Source: the human T2T-CHM13v2.0 reference genome, Homo sapiens
Length of the DNA stretch: 64,000 nt
NCBI RefSeq assembly: GCF_009914755.1
Contig: NC_060927.1
Direction: 5' to 3' (one strand)
The position numbers and the translations under genes were made by a program. How positions within the stretch are numbered: the stretch's first letter is position 1; each line of letters opens with the position of its first letter. The notes under the pieces are model-generated. The model ran no database searches and had not been told where the DNA came from. It was given only the letters and a program-made list of their open reading frames with translations. This document shows positions 1-13,475 of this stretch, piece after piece.

Positions 1-222
1 CCCTGAGCTATTATGTTGATAGAAAGATGTGAAGAAAAATAACTGGTGATAAAAGTCACCTCTCAGTTGCCCAGGACCAAATTTGCTGCCTCCCTTAGCA
101 GGCAGGTAGAAAGCACACTGAGGCTGAAATGATCTTTGACCTCCTGAAACGGAGAGACGATTAGCCTGAAAGGCAACCAACATTGTGCCATAGTTAGAGT
201 CCAGTCACCAATATAATATAGC

Positions 223-273
223 CACACACACACACACCCACCCCCCCTCCCCCCCCCCACCACACACACACAC
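223..273. repeat. Compound (CA)n / C-tract / (CA)n microsatellite
   Basis: cacacaca...cccacccccccctccccccccccc-accacacacacacac seen directly. Confidence 0.9.
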
Positions 274-1314
274 AACGCTCTCATTAAATTTGAGATGAAC
301 GGTCAAGAAAGGCAAAGCTTAGCAAAGCCTCTGGCTCCTCCAATGGTATAATGAATTGCAGTCCTTATCTTACATAGAAAAGGATATTAGAAAGAAATCC
401 CTGAAAGCTGTGCTGATTAATACTTAAATGCACAGCATGGAAAAAATAAACTCATACAGCAAGTTCCGTTTCCTAAGGACTCATCACTTTGGGAACCAAT
501 TTACGTACTGGAACATTTGAACTTATAAATTTCTATAGACATTTATGAAATTAAGAACCAAATATAAACAAAGAACTGTAGTCTATGGAAGAATGCAATT
601 GATATATTTTTAATCTGGGCTTTTATAAAAGTGTGATAGCAAATATTTCTACATTTTGATATTAAAATATTCTATAGCATTTCCTTACGCGATTCTATAT
701 CTCTTGGTGGATTTAATGTGCATAGAAACTAGGGGGCTGAAGCTCATAATAACGGCTTTCTGTGCAATCTTGCATAAAAGCTTAACTGTATTCTACCTCT
801 GTGAAGAGTGCAATGAACAATATCCTCTCTCACGCTAGATTATAAAGAATTTGGTGAGTGAAAGTAGGTAAGCAAATATAAATCAGAAACATCACAGTGA
901 ATCTTAAGATAAATCTGGGGCTGTTCTTTTAGAAATACTCTTAATTTAAAGCCACCAGAGGAAAATTTACATAGTAAAGGATATTAACTTTTTTACTCCC
1001 TTTTAAAAATTAAAATAAAAACAATGTTACGGGAAAGTATTGAAGAAAATGCGTAAATGTTTTTTCCTTTTGGACAAATGGAAATTGTCCAAAAGTACAA
1101 TTAGTAGTTCTTCCCTCAGGCAAAAGAACCATCTGTGGTAGAGCTTATTCATGAAGCCTGTAAGCTGCCTTGACCTCCTACATGTGCTAGGGGGCACTGT
1201 AGTTTAATGTTAGTGCTTTGGGTCCATTTGAGTTCCTGTAGTTGGAAGATGCAAGCATTGAGAGTTGAGTTTCAAATAGGAGATTTGAAACATTAAAGGA
1301 CTACCTTAATCATT

Positions 1315-1475
1315 AATAACACGCTTGCATTTGCATGACATTTTACAGTTAAAAGGCACTTTCACATGTCATCTTTATTACTAACAAATTGAGATATAGA
1401 AAGGTGGATATTACAGATGTCACAAATGAAGAACCTGAGGCTCAGAGATGTTAAGCAACTTTCTTAATGATGTGA
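1315..1475 (-). mobile_element. MIR SINE fragment
   Basis: MIR core in reverse: acaaatgaagaacctgaggctcagagatgttaagcaact. Confidence 0.75.
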
Positions 1476-1997
1476 TGAGTAAGAAACAGTTGTCTTACTA
1501 TTTGTTTGTTGAATTTATATTACAGTTCTCCAACAGGTTTCCTTCTTCAAATAAATGTGCTATTTATAATGGCTCAGGTAAAAGTCACCCCCAATAAAAC
1601 AATGTCACTGCATGTTTTAGAAACAAATATATCTATATGGTCACAATTACATCAGCAGGGAGCATTTGGTAATAGAACATGCCAATCTTTGCCTGGTAGT
1701 ATACCCCAAAAAACAGCATGTAGCCTTTGAAAGAATATGGCATTCCAGAAACAATTGAGTGTAATATCTATACAATGTAATTCTGTTCAAACAGAAAAGG
1801 AAGATGCCCTTTTAAATTAAAGATATGTGCCCCTCTTCCCTGCAATTAAGGCTTATCTGGAATGTAGAAGCTTAAGATACAAAGTTGTTTATCTCTGGAT
1901 GGAAAACAAGTGATGTTTGTTTTAATTGTATACTTTTTCCTGTTTTACATAAAACTATTTTATTTATTTGTATACATTTATTAAAAAATGCAACTTT

Positions 1998-2001
<4 letters not shown>

Positions 2002-2028
<27 letters not shown>

Positions 2029-2047
2029 TGTGTGTGTGTGTGTGTGT
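2002..2047. repeat. (GTT)8(GT)11 compound microsatellite
   Basis: Seen directly; explains the poly-V and poly-C ORFs. Confidence 0.95.
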
Positions 2048-2057
2048 ATTTGCGTTT

Positions 2058-2410
2058 TGTACTTTGAGCAACATCTCCCTAATACTCTCACCCTGCAGCT
2101 CTGGTAACCATTTTATTCCTGTTTCTATAGAGTTTGACCTTTTTACACTCTACATATAAGTGAAATCATTGGGTATTTGTTTTTATGTACCTGGCTTATT
2201 TCACTTAAGACAACAATGTCCTCCAGGTTTATCCATATTGTCACAAATGAGAGGATCTTCCTCTTTTAAAAGGTTGAATAGTATTCCATGATGTATATAT
2301 GCGACATCTTTGTTATCCATTCATCCACTAGTGGAAACCTTGCTTGATTCCTGTGAGTAATACTGCAATGAACATGGTAGTACACACATTTCTTCAACAT
2401 ATTATTTTTT
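2058..2410 (-). mobile_element. L1MA-type LINE-1 3' fragment
   Basis: tggcttatttcactta...ctccaggtttatccatattgtcacaaatg...tagtattccat; minus-strand ORF WITKMSHIYIMEYYS resembles the ORF2 C-terminus. Confidence 0.85.
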
Positions 2411-2789
2411 TTAATTTTGAAGCATAATAATTTCCAAATGAAACCACAGCTGATCTTGGCTAGATAGAGGATTGTGAACATGCCAGCTGTGCCTGAGAGA
2501 TGCTTTCATATGTCATCTCAAGGGAGTGACTTAGCAGCTTCTAGGGAAGAATCTGGTTCACACCCTGACCTTTACCTGTCTCTAAGAATCTGTGAGAACC
2601 TAGGAGCTTCTGAAGGTGAATTAAGTCAGTTCATCTGGGGTCAGCTGTAGCACCAACCTGCTTGCCAGATAAAATTATACCTAGCACTATTAAAACAAAG
2701 GATGCCTTCAAACCACTTACATATTTTGTATTAAAATATCATGGTTGGGTGAAAATTTTTTCTGTGTTCTAAGATCCGGGTAGCTGCCT

Positions 2790-3118
2790 GCCTTGACTCC
2801 TCATCTCATTCAAATATTGCTCAAAGGTTTATCAGTGTACTAATTCACTGTCTTTTTTTTTTCCAGTTTTAAAATGCCTTTGTCCCTCCCCTGACATTTC
2901 TTAACCTCCTTTCCTCCCTTATTTTTCTCCATGGCAACTATCATCATCTGACACACTATTTTAGACGTCTGTTTATTTTTGATTTCTCCTCACTGGAATA
3001 TAATCTCAGTGAGGGCAGGGATTTTATCTGTTCAATGCTATATCTACAGTTCTTAGAAAGGTACCTGCTACTTGTCATTATACAATAAATATTTGTGAAT
3101 GAGGGAATGAATGAATGA
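2790..3118 (+). mobile_element. L2 3' end
   Basis: gagggcagggattttatctgttc...aataaatatttgtgaatgagggaatgaatgaatga terminal repeat. Confidence 0.75.
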
Positions 3119-3389
3119 GCATCCTAAGTACAGCTGTATTGTGTGTAAGACATCATACTTTTCTATGTGCCTGAAGTCAGTTCTTTGAGGTTGGTTGTGT
3201 TTTGTGCAAAGTGTTCACACAAATTGAATTTGTCCATGCTTAGCAGCAGCTGCTCTTAAATTCCATTCAGTACAGATGCCAGATGGTACTGCAGGCCACA
3301 GTTTGTGAGTGTGTTTGTCCTTTCAAATTCTCATAGCTGCATGGAGCAGAGACTTAGATTCAGCATGAGTTAGCATAGCTCAGTTGTGT

Positions 3390-3990
3390 CTTCCATTGCC
3401 TCGCCCTTGGCTTTAGTTTAGTCCACCTTTATCTTTTATCTATATTGTAGCAATAAAATTGTATCCAGTGTTCCTGATTTCAGACTTGCCCATGTCCAAT
3501 TCATTCTCCATATTAGATCCATTATCATCTTTAAAAATGGTATGATCATGCCACTCCTTTGCTCAGTATTCTTCACTGTTTCCGTATTTTATCCACCAAG
3601 GTCGTTAAGGTCTTCGACAACCAAGTCCCTATTCGCTTCTCCATTTGTAAATACTTTGTCCTTCACACTCTTCACTGTGTGAAACCTAAAGTATGGCTAT
3701 AATTCACCTGAAGACTACATTCCCTTTCACCTGCTCTCTCTACTGAAGCAATCTGTAATCAATCTTTGGGTGTCTGTTTAAATATTATGTCTTCTGAGAA
3801 CATTTTTCTCACCAAAAGACTAAATGAGGTGTTGTTTGTATTCTTTTTCACATAGCACACTGTACTAATTCCTACTATAGCATTTAAACTTAGTGTGGGA
3901 ATTTGCCTTTACTTGTATGTAACCCAAATGAAAGAGGATTTTCTTTTTTAACTCCATGACCTCATACAAATCCATCGTTTAATGAACAAA
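3390..3990 (+). mobile_element. Degenerate L2 fragment
   Basis: ttcattctcca...tgatcatgccactcctttgctc L2-like motifs. Confidence 0.55.
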
Positions 3991-4007
3991 TTCATTATTT
4001 ATCTATG

Positions 4008-4900
4008 AATTCATTCAACATTTTTGAATAAATTTAACATCTTATGAATGCCTATCATGTGCCAGGCATTACTCCAGGTGCTGGATGAAGAACGCTGCAG
4101 AAAGTGCAAAGGATAAATGGGGAATACACCTTATGAGTGCCAGGAAGAACAACAAGGCCAATATGCTAGAGTAGAGTAGATCTTAAAAAGCAAACCAAGA
4201 GTTGACTTCAAATAGGTAAGATGGAGCCAAATTCAGTAGAACTTTTTAGGCCATTAGAAATACTTTGACTTTTATTATGACTTACATGATATAACTTTGG
4301 AGCAACGTGATTTGACATGCTGTAACAAGTTCACTATGACTGACGTATGAAGAATTGACTAAAGCGAGCAAGGACAGATGTAAGGTGACCGGTTAGGAAG
4401 CCTTTGTAGTAATCCAGGAAAGAGAACATGGCTTGGACCAGCGAAGAAACAGTGGCGGTAGAAAAAGTGGTCAGATTCTCTACATGTACCAAAATGGGTC
4501 CACAGAATTCTCTGGTAGGTTAGATAAGCAATTTAAGATTTTTTTTAAAGTAGTGGAGTATTCACAATTTGAGGACTGAGCAAATGGAAGGACAGAATTT
4601 CCACTAATTCAGGAAAAAACTTTGAGAGAACTTGCTTTAGGGGAGGTTAGAAGGTGGTCAGTGTAGGGGCATGTCTGGTTTGTCATTCTTATTATATCCA
4701 AGTAGAAATGTTTCATAGTAGTTTGGCTATATGGGTCTGGAGCTCAAAGGAGATGTTTGGGATTCATATTTAAATTTGGAAGTCATGATTTTATAAATGA
4801 TAATAAAATCCATGAGATCAGATAGTATCTTTTAGGAAGTATAGATTGAAAAAGGAGAAGAGGGTTAACACTAAACACTGAGTCGTGGGACATTATAAGA
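4008..4900 (-). mobile_element. L2 (L2a-like)
   Basis: attcattcaaca...tgcctatcatgtgccaggcatt...ggttaggaagcctttgtagtaatccagg...ggcttggacca. Confidence 0.75.
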
Positions 4901-5357
4901 GCAAAAGCACAAGTATATGGGGAGTTAGTGATGAATATTTGTTGAAAGTATAATAACTTTTGAATGCATATGTGTTGACATATGAATGACATGTGCTGGA
5001 AGGCTACTTTAAGCCTGAGTTGGCCTATAGTATACCACTACTCAATGTCAAAACAGTTTGAAAATTAAATAAATAAGCTGTCCATATGGAAACAAATACC
5101 TAATTCAATTTATCTGTGTAGTGTTTTAATCAGAATTTTTTAAGTTGTGTAGACACTGCTATAAACTCCTAAATCAATTTTATGACCGAATTCTTACTTG
5201 ATGTTTCCATACAAATTAAATGCCTGGGGTCATTATTGAAAATTAATTGCCTACAAGAAAAAAGTACTAACATTGTGCTAAGAATAAAAATTCTAAAAAT
5301 ACCATAATATTCCAAAATTCTAGATTTCACTGACTTTGGAGACATATGATAAATTTC

Positions 5358-5675
5358 TCTTTTTTTTTTTTTGTTTTCTTGAGATGGAGTCTCACTCTCT
5401 CACCCAGGCCCCAGGCTGGAGTGGCGCAATCTCAGCTCACCACAACCTCTGCCTCCTGGGTTCAAGCGATTCTCGTGCCTCAGCCTCACTATAGTCACAG
5501 CTTCAGCTGGGACTACAGGAGCATGCCACCATGCCAGGCTAATTTTTGTATTTTTGGTAGAGATAGGGTTTCGCCATGTTGGCCAGGCTGGTCTTGAATT
5601 CCTGACCTCAGGTGATCTGACCGCCTTGGCCTCCCAAAGTGCTGGGATTACAGGCGTGAGCCACCATACCCGGCC
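5358..5675 (-). mobile_element. AluS (Sx/Sz-like), full length
   Basis: poly-T, then gagatggagtctcactct...gtgagccaccatacccggcc; TAAATTT on both flanks (5350, 5676). Confidence 0.95.
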
Positions 5676-5799
5676 TAAATTTATTATATATGTGACTCTT
5701 TCTAATTTGATAGACAGCTAATAGGAGCTTTTTATTATATTTAATAACCAGCATTGAGAGCCAGAAATCTTAACCTTGGAGGTGGTTGTGGAATAGCAA

Positions 5800-5918
5800 T
5801 GTTTATTGACTCAAAAAAAATAGTTGTTGAGTACTCCCGTGCCAAGTACTGTCCTAGGCGCTAAAGGTATATTAATGAAATTACAGACACCTCTGTATAC
5901 ATGGAGCTTACATTCTAG
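5800..5918 (-). mobile_element. L2 fragment
   Basis: gtgccaagtactgtcctaggcgct...catggagcttacattctag. Confidence 0.6.
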
Positions 5919-6019
5919 AATTCTTTATATTTCAACATATACATTAGGATTTGGAACCTCTTTCACCTTTATCTCATACAGAGGAAATGACCTAAAGCAT
6001 CTTTCAACTCATTCATTCA

Positions 6020-6163
6020 CTGGTTACAGTTTATTGCTTCTTTCTCCAACAACAGACTAGACATAAATGCAGAGACATGTATATCATGTTCATGCTATAA
6101 CCAATGCCTCAGATGGTGTCTGAAACATAGGAGACATGCCATAAATATATGTTGAGTGAATAA
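6020..6163 (+). mobile_element. L2 3' end
   Basis: gtgtctgaaacataggagacatgccataaatatatgttgagtgaataaat. Confidence 0.55.
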
Positions 6164-7206
6164 ATCTACTGAAAGTCTTCTACCTCTGGATGGTGCTTCC
6201 TACTGTTCCTACTGAGAATATAAAGTTATATTCTACCAAGAATGCCCTTTTCTGTTCCCCTTTATTTGTCTTACAAGTTTTATTCACTACCTGAATCTCA
6301 GATACTTTGTTTTCTAAGATATTTTCCCCAGGCTTATGTCAAATTCACGTGTTCCCTTAATGAGCTCCCAAACACTGTTTGTATAACCTTATTACAGTAT
6401 TTATTAGATGGCATTTCAGTGATCTGTTAAGTTGTTGCTATCCCTCCAGTAGAATGAAGGCTCTTATGAGTCAAGGAAAATATTAGATGTTAATTCCTTG
6501 GCGGTTTCAACATATCCTAGAACATAGCAGAAATGCATCCCACAGGCATGGCCTATGAGGTTAGTGATTGGAACATACCATTAACATCAGACATTGCCTA
6601 TGATTTAGGAAGCAGCAACTCTTGTTGTGGAAGGAGACAATGGTCAGAATTACATGTATTTAGGCTAAAGAGAGAAATCCCAAGTCTCTGAAGGAAACCC
6701 AGCTAGGAACCAGAGGGCCAGTCAACCATCAGGCAAGAGACACATCAGAAATTTTGTGGATGGAGCAGGTGAGGAACCTAATATGGGAGCCAAAAAACAG
6801 AACGTTCAGGCAGAAAGTGTTTCAGGGGAAATTAATGAGACCCCTAGCTACACTCTTAGAGGCTTTTGTTTGTACATTTGCCCTGATTAATTGATAGTCC
6901 TGATCCCCTTGCAATAAGAAGCGTTACACACTTCCTTTCTGATGGTTCTCAGAGTCTCTCTCTCATGCCTCTCTTTCTTTTTCTTCTATTTTTTCCTTCA
7001 CAAAGCCCTTCAGAAAGTTGTGTATATTTTTACCTAGTTTTGTATGAGGCAGAGGCAGACACTGGCCTCTCACTTTAAATGTATGTATAATAGATATTAT
7101 AACCAAAAATAGATGGACACCATGTCATAACTTTGGTAGTCCCAGACCACCTAGTATGGTGCCTCACTCATAGAAAGCCAAATCATTATAACCATCATCA
7201 TCACTG

Positions 7207-7208
<2 letters not shown>

Positions 7209-7242
<34 letters not shown>
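7209..7242 (+). repeat. Uninterrupted A34 tract
   Basis: Seen directly. Confidence 0.95.
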
Positions 7243-7243
<1 letters not shown>

Positions 7244-9164
7244 AGTGGTGATGCTATTGTAACAAGTCCTGAACTCGAATGTTCAAGTTACTTACCTCCC
7301 TGTTTTTCAAAGCACTTAGTATCTCAGTTGAGGAAATGAAGCATATATCCAAAAATATAACTAAAAACAAAGGTAACATAAATTAACAAATGAATACTCT
7401 AGGACATGTGTATAAGGGTCTGGTAAAAGATGATATTATGAAGGGGTTCAGGCAATCCTGAGAAGCTACAGGTGGTGGAACTTAAGCCCTGTCTTTAATA
7501 TTGACCCGGACTGATATAATGCAGAAAGAGCTGACAGAGGAACAAGAATGGGATTGTGAATGATGTGTCTGGGAGACCAAGGACAAATTATTATTAAAGA
7601 GTAAGTTTCTCAAAAGATCTTCAAGCAATGTAAGGTTGGAGAAGAAAACACAGATGCCATATTGGATGAGATCTCCCATTCAAGGAAAAAGGCTTAAATT
7701 TTATTTGACAGACAGTGTAGGAAGTGTTTGCTGAATGAATACATAAATGTACTTCCAAGTATTTCCAAGGACAGAAATATAATAATATGCCTCCAAAGAC
7801 ATTTGGTGACACAATAACATGAGTTAATACATCTTGTGTAGCAGGCTGAAAGATCTTATACACTTCAGAGGTTTCCAATTTTTCTTAAAATAAAATTCAT
7901 TTATGGTTCCTGGGCAGCTATTTCAGAATCAGCCCTCCCAGACCCAGAGACCCACCACAAATATGTTTGCAAACAAAATGAAGGAAGTAAACAGCGTTAT
8001 ATTGAATTTCTTATTTTGCCTTTAAAAAAAGAGATTCTTCATGATAAATTGAGTGCAGCTCCAGTAAATTTGGATGCTTTAGGTCATGAACATTCCATTT
8101 TTATATATACTGTGATAACAACTATCTAGAGTGAGCAGAGAGACAGTGCAACTGAGCCCCAATGTTGCAAGAATTCACAAAGTAATTGAAAGTGTTTCCA
8201 AGTGTGCATAATTCTGTGCCTCCAGTCAAATACAGTAGGTGGAAATTTGTTTGGCTTCCTCTGTCAAAATGTCTGAAATACATAAAGGAAGTGTGTAATG
8301 GGAAAACAAAATATTACAGTTTCAACATTCTTTTCATTATCTCTCAATCTCGTCTTTGCTATGCTCAAACATACTAATAATCCTAAAGGCTCATCTCTGA
8401 TCCTTTTGGTGGATAAAATGACCGGATGCCATTTTCACCCTTGACTCAAAAGTGTCAGTTCTGGAAATCTGCAGTATTCGCCACCACGAATACCATTTAA
8501 CTGCAGCGTTACCCAAAGGAACTCTGCACAGCCATACGTGAATACAACTGGAGGAACTTAATTCATCTTGCTGTCACTTCCATGATGCTTTTCATTAGTT
8601 TTGCTGCTATCTGATCAACTGGATTTCTCTGTACTGGTAATGCTACCCATAGCCTCTTATAAAGTATCTTCAAAAGGTAAACAAAGATTCACCTTTGTGG
8701 TAGTGAACTTTTATGCAGTGGGACGTTATTACTGCTACTTATATGAAGGTAACCCTCACATTTCATATTTAAAATTATAAAATCATGGGAAACATAAATA
8801 TCTAATCCATCTCCAACTGAGAAACTGTTTTAAACTCTATGCACAGATTAGGTATTTGAAATAAAAGGTCATACTTTTCTTTATATTATTTTCATGAATA
8901 CTGATGCTTAGTGCACTATCAAGAGCAGTACTGACTAAATATAGAATACAATTCATAAGAAATCTGGGCTTTTTCACTGACTACTAGAAAGCAGTTTAGC
9001 AAAAATTACATTTAACTGAGAGAACAAAGCAAATGATAACTCAATGGTAGTATTGGTCCTCTCTGTGAGTCATATTTTTGAAAGATTGGTTTAATGTGTG
9101 TGTATTTTAAATATAATTTATTTATATTTAGCGTCATTTTTAAATGTTATCCATAGTTTAGGGC

Positions 9165-9617
9165 TGATCCGTGTAAACAGTAGAACATTATGAAATGACT
9201 GAGTGTGACTTTAATGGTTAGGTCATAAAAGACAAAGTGGCTTTTGCTTCTCTCTTTTGTATCATACACTTTAGGAATAGCCACCTGCCATGCTATGAGG
9301 ACACTCAAGAAGCCCTGTGAAGAGGTACACATGGCAAGGAAGTGAAAACTCCAGCCAAAGCCAGTACCAACTTGCCATGTATGTGAATGAGCTACCTTGG
9401 AAGGGGATTCTTCAAACTGGGCCAAGCCTTCACACACCTGCAGCCATGATCGATATTTTAGTGCAAATTCATGAGAGACTCCTAGTCAGCACCATCAGCT
9501 GAGCAACTCCCAAATTCCCAACCTACAACAACTGTGTGAGATGTTAAACCTTTATTGTTGTTTTAGACCTCTAAATTTGGGGTAATATTTTTTACACATC
9601 AATAGACGGCTAATACA
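9165..9617 (+). mobile_element. MaLR solo LTR (MLT1F-like)
   Basis: ctgccatgctatgaggacactcaagaagccctgtgaagagg...ttgttgttttagacctctaaatttggggtaat...ctaataca terminus. Confidence 0.85.
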
Positions 9618-10102
9618 TGATGGAACTTTATAGTCTAGATTTAACAATGAAATTTCTGAAGAGTATTACTTAAAGTGATGGCAAGGTGGTCTAGAATTCA
9701 GCTAAGACAGATATAGGATCCTGGAAGCCTGTATCCCATTTGGGGCTTGTTTCCTTACCCATGAAGTGATAATGTGAGAATGAGTGAAGGTCATCAATCA
9801 ATGCAAGAACCAACATAGAGAGGTGAGAGAAGTAATACAGTCTCATAGGATGGGCTCATTATATATCTATAGAGAGGATAAGACACTTTGGAGGAGTGAA
9901 GAGTGCATGTCAACTCTCAAGGGGGTGTCTGTCACTTAGCTTCAACCAATAATAGTCATGAGAGAATGCAGATCCAATTTTCTCATTGGATTCTTCCTTT
10001 TTTTCTAGCTTTTTTCAGGTATTACCCAAGTGATAAAAATTGTATCTCACTTAAATTTAAAGTCATAATGGCTTAAAATTATGATTTCAAGAGCATTTTC
10101 TT

Positions 10103-10413
<311 letters not shown>

Positions 10414-10934
10414 TGTCTTCCCTTTTTTATTTTCTAATATCTTGAGGATAATATTCGAAGTTCTCTCCTGTTGGATTCAGCTGCTCCGTCCATTCTTCCT
10501 TTCCACTACTATCTCTATCCTTCTCTTTGCTTCATAATCAAACTTCTACAATTCATCTACCAATACCATTTCTCTATGCCTGGTATCATGCTTTCTCTTT
10601 ACCCGGTAAAGCTCTTTTCCACTGTCTCAACCGTCTGAAATGCTGCTCATCCTCAAGTGATCCACTCATGGCACCTCCTCTCAGAAGCTTTCCTTGAGTG
10701 CCATACTCATCATTAGTGACTACTTTCCTTAGGCCTCAAGACTAATGCCCTTTATCACTTGGATCTTACTAGTTCTCTTTTCTTGTTTTTAATGTAAAAC
10801 CTCATTTGGCAAAATTAATATGTCTCATCTATTTTATTGCCACTTATCATCTCATCTCATAATGTCGGCCTATAATACACTGTCCAGATCTCTCTAAAAT
10901 GACAGACATGTTGCTAAGGTGCTAAAAGTTATAG

Positions 10935-11235
10935 ACAGACAGCCTTTCACTGTCAACCCCTAGAGGTATCATCTCAGCTGTGGAGAGCTGCCTTGTCAAG
11001 GTTTTGGCCCTTGGTCGTGGACCATATCCAGTGATCAATATGGGATTGAAAAGGCCTATTCATCTTGGACCAACCTGGGGCACCTTTTTAAAAGCTGGAT
11101 CATTCAAACTCTAGAACACAGAAAGATGCTTTTGGTTCTACGTCACAGCTCAACTTCCTCTTCTCCCTTCCACAGTGCTGACCTAGAGCCCTCCCTCATA
11201 AACATCCTGCATGCTAATCTCCATCAGTGTCTGTG
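10935..11235 (+). mobile_element. ERVL LTR16-like solo LTR
   Basis: cagctgtggagagctgcc...tcccttccacagtgctgacctagagccctccctcataaacatcctgcatgctaatctccatc. Confidence 0.65.
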
Positions 11236-12097
11236 ACACTGTCATTGAGTAGGTACTCAACAAATGCTTGGTAGGATAAAATTAAGTCCCAAGTACCTGT
11301 AAACAAATAAGACAAATTTCCCAAAGACAAGAATATGGTAACTCCCCCAAAAGCTCTTGAAATTGATGGACAGTTTAGAGAAAAAAATTCACCTTCTCTC
11401 CAGAGACCTGTTGATTTTGCAATTAGTCTGAGGAAAGAAAAACCCAAGATTTAAATGGACACCCTGGTCTGTGTACTCTGTCTGAGTAACAGTGATGGCT
11501 CCGAGCTGTCAGGTCTCCCCGGAGATATTCAATCATGATGTTCTTCTCTTTCTCTATAACAAAGGTAATAACTCAGCATTTTATCTTTTCTAGGGGTGTC
11601 ATTACTTCGAAAAGAAAATAAAAGCCTCACAAGGGTTTCTATAAATTGAAAAGTTTTCTAAAGGAGAAAAAGACCCTAATTAATTTGAGGATGAACAAAT
11701 ACATCAGCTTTGAGAAACTTCCATAGTATTGGTGTTTAAAACTTCTTGAGAAATCCTTTCAAATGAATATCGTGTGCTTTAGGCCTATAATATATAACAT
11801 TATATATTACAGGCAATAAGTCTCCAGGGATGATTAAGCCCTGTGTATTTCATATGAAGTAGGCACTTCCTATAAATAAAACAATAAAGTGCATTGTTTT
11901 AGTTAAATAAAATCATACTCTCTGGAGGAAAAAACAATAACTTTGCCTTGGAAAAATCTGTGATGCTGAGAAATATGTAGCATCTACCCTTCAGAAACTG
12001 TGAACAGTAAGTCCATTTTAATCTCTGCTTTGGTATTACCAAGTGGTTTGCCACCTGCTTTCAAGTCCAACACTTAATTTGGAAGACATTAAAATGT

Positions 12098-12595
12098 TTT
12101 CATTAATTCACTATTCTAACATATAGTCATTGAACATCCATTTGTCAAGAACTGTGAGAGGGGCCAGGGATACTGGAGTAACTAAGACAGATTTTTGGCC
12201 TCCTGGAGCTTACAGTTTCCCAAAGAATGAGATACTGCAATGGAAGGTGGATCAATGGCTACAACAATCTGTTGAAAATGGTCAGAAAAGTAGGGAAAGA
12301 TGGATAATCAGGGAGATTAGAGAAGGGCTTTTGAGAATTTGACGTCTAATATAAAGAACGCGGTTGATTTGAGATTCATCAGAAATTAGTCAGACAAAGA
12401 TAAGGGAAGAGTATTCTGGGCATGGTTAACAGCTTATGCAAAGACCCAGAGGATAAAGCAGTGTGGAGACAAGAGCTAGAAGATGCTCAATAAGGAAAGG
12501 CAGGGGAGAGTGGTATAGTATTAGTTAGGAGAAGTAGTTTGAAGGAAACTGTGAACTGCAACAAATATTTGAAAAACCACAAAGGATTTTCAGGG
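12098..12595 (-). mobile_element. L2 fragment
   Basis: ttcattaattcac...cctcctggagcttacag...gggaagagtattctgggc...aacagcttatgcaaagacccagagg. Confidence 0.7.
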
Positions 12596-13441
12596 AAGTA
12601 ATGGGCCTCATAGTTATGGATTCAAAATGTAGAATGGTTAACTAATAAGCATCCAGTGGAAATAAAGCTCTCGTATAACCAGGTGATTTTCAGATAAACA
12701 TATGCAATAATGCTGTAATCTCTGGTACAAGCCACAGTTTTCCTTGCTCAGGTTTGCTGTCTACATGCCAGCCAATGAAACATAGCAAGCAAGAACGAAA
12801 AAGATATTTTGCATGGCTGGGCTTGTCTAGTTGGAAATCACCAATCCAACCACTTTTAGAGTAAATTAATGTTTTTAGCTGTCATGGAAGCTGAGCATTG
12901 AATACAAGAATGAAAACTAAACAGTTGAGTGTTTGACAATTGACCCAGTTTAGCCCTCAAATGATGGAGTCAGCGTGCTGTGTGCACTGAATTCTATGTC
13001 ACACACAGAGTGGCACTGAAGCATGGAAGAAATGACACTTTGAGGAAAATACCATAAGTTTTTACATTTATATGCAAGTTGCGGTATAAGTTTACATTTC
13101 TGGCTCCCAAGCTTATTTTTTTTCCAATTGTCCACTTCTCTCCTGCCTACAACTTTCCTGAATAATTTCTGTCACACTATGGATGCCCTTGCTTTTAAAG
13201 ATCTTCTAGCATTGAGACGTATCCTTAGACTGAGATTACCCATAGCTGTCTCAAGTAAATAAAGTCTTGGATATCTGCAGTGGCCAGAAATGTTTTCTTT
13301 TTTCTCTGAAGTTTCCAAAATGAGAGTCTTTATAAGTACAGTAGTATTTTCATTAAATAAGTTGGTTCTAATGTTTTAGAATACAAAAGCAGCAATTTCC
13401 AAAAGGATACGCATGTATAATCTCCTCATACACATAAAATC

Positions 13442-13475
<34 letters not shown>
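13442..13475. repeat. (TG)7(AG)10 microsatellite
   Basis: Seen directly. Confidence 0.95.

Noticed and set aside
1183-1200. CTCF-like motifs (ctagggggcact here; ccactagggcg at about 30248)
   Set aside because: Each lacks part of the core consensus; not supportable without ChIP data
5346-5597. Alu-derived ORFs (also 10167, 36013, 36098, 39963, 54475, 54598)
   Set aside because: Standard Alu reading frames, not genes
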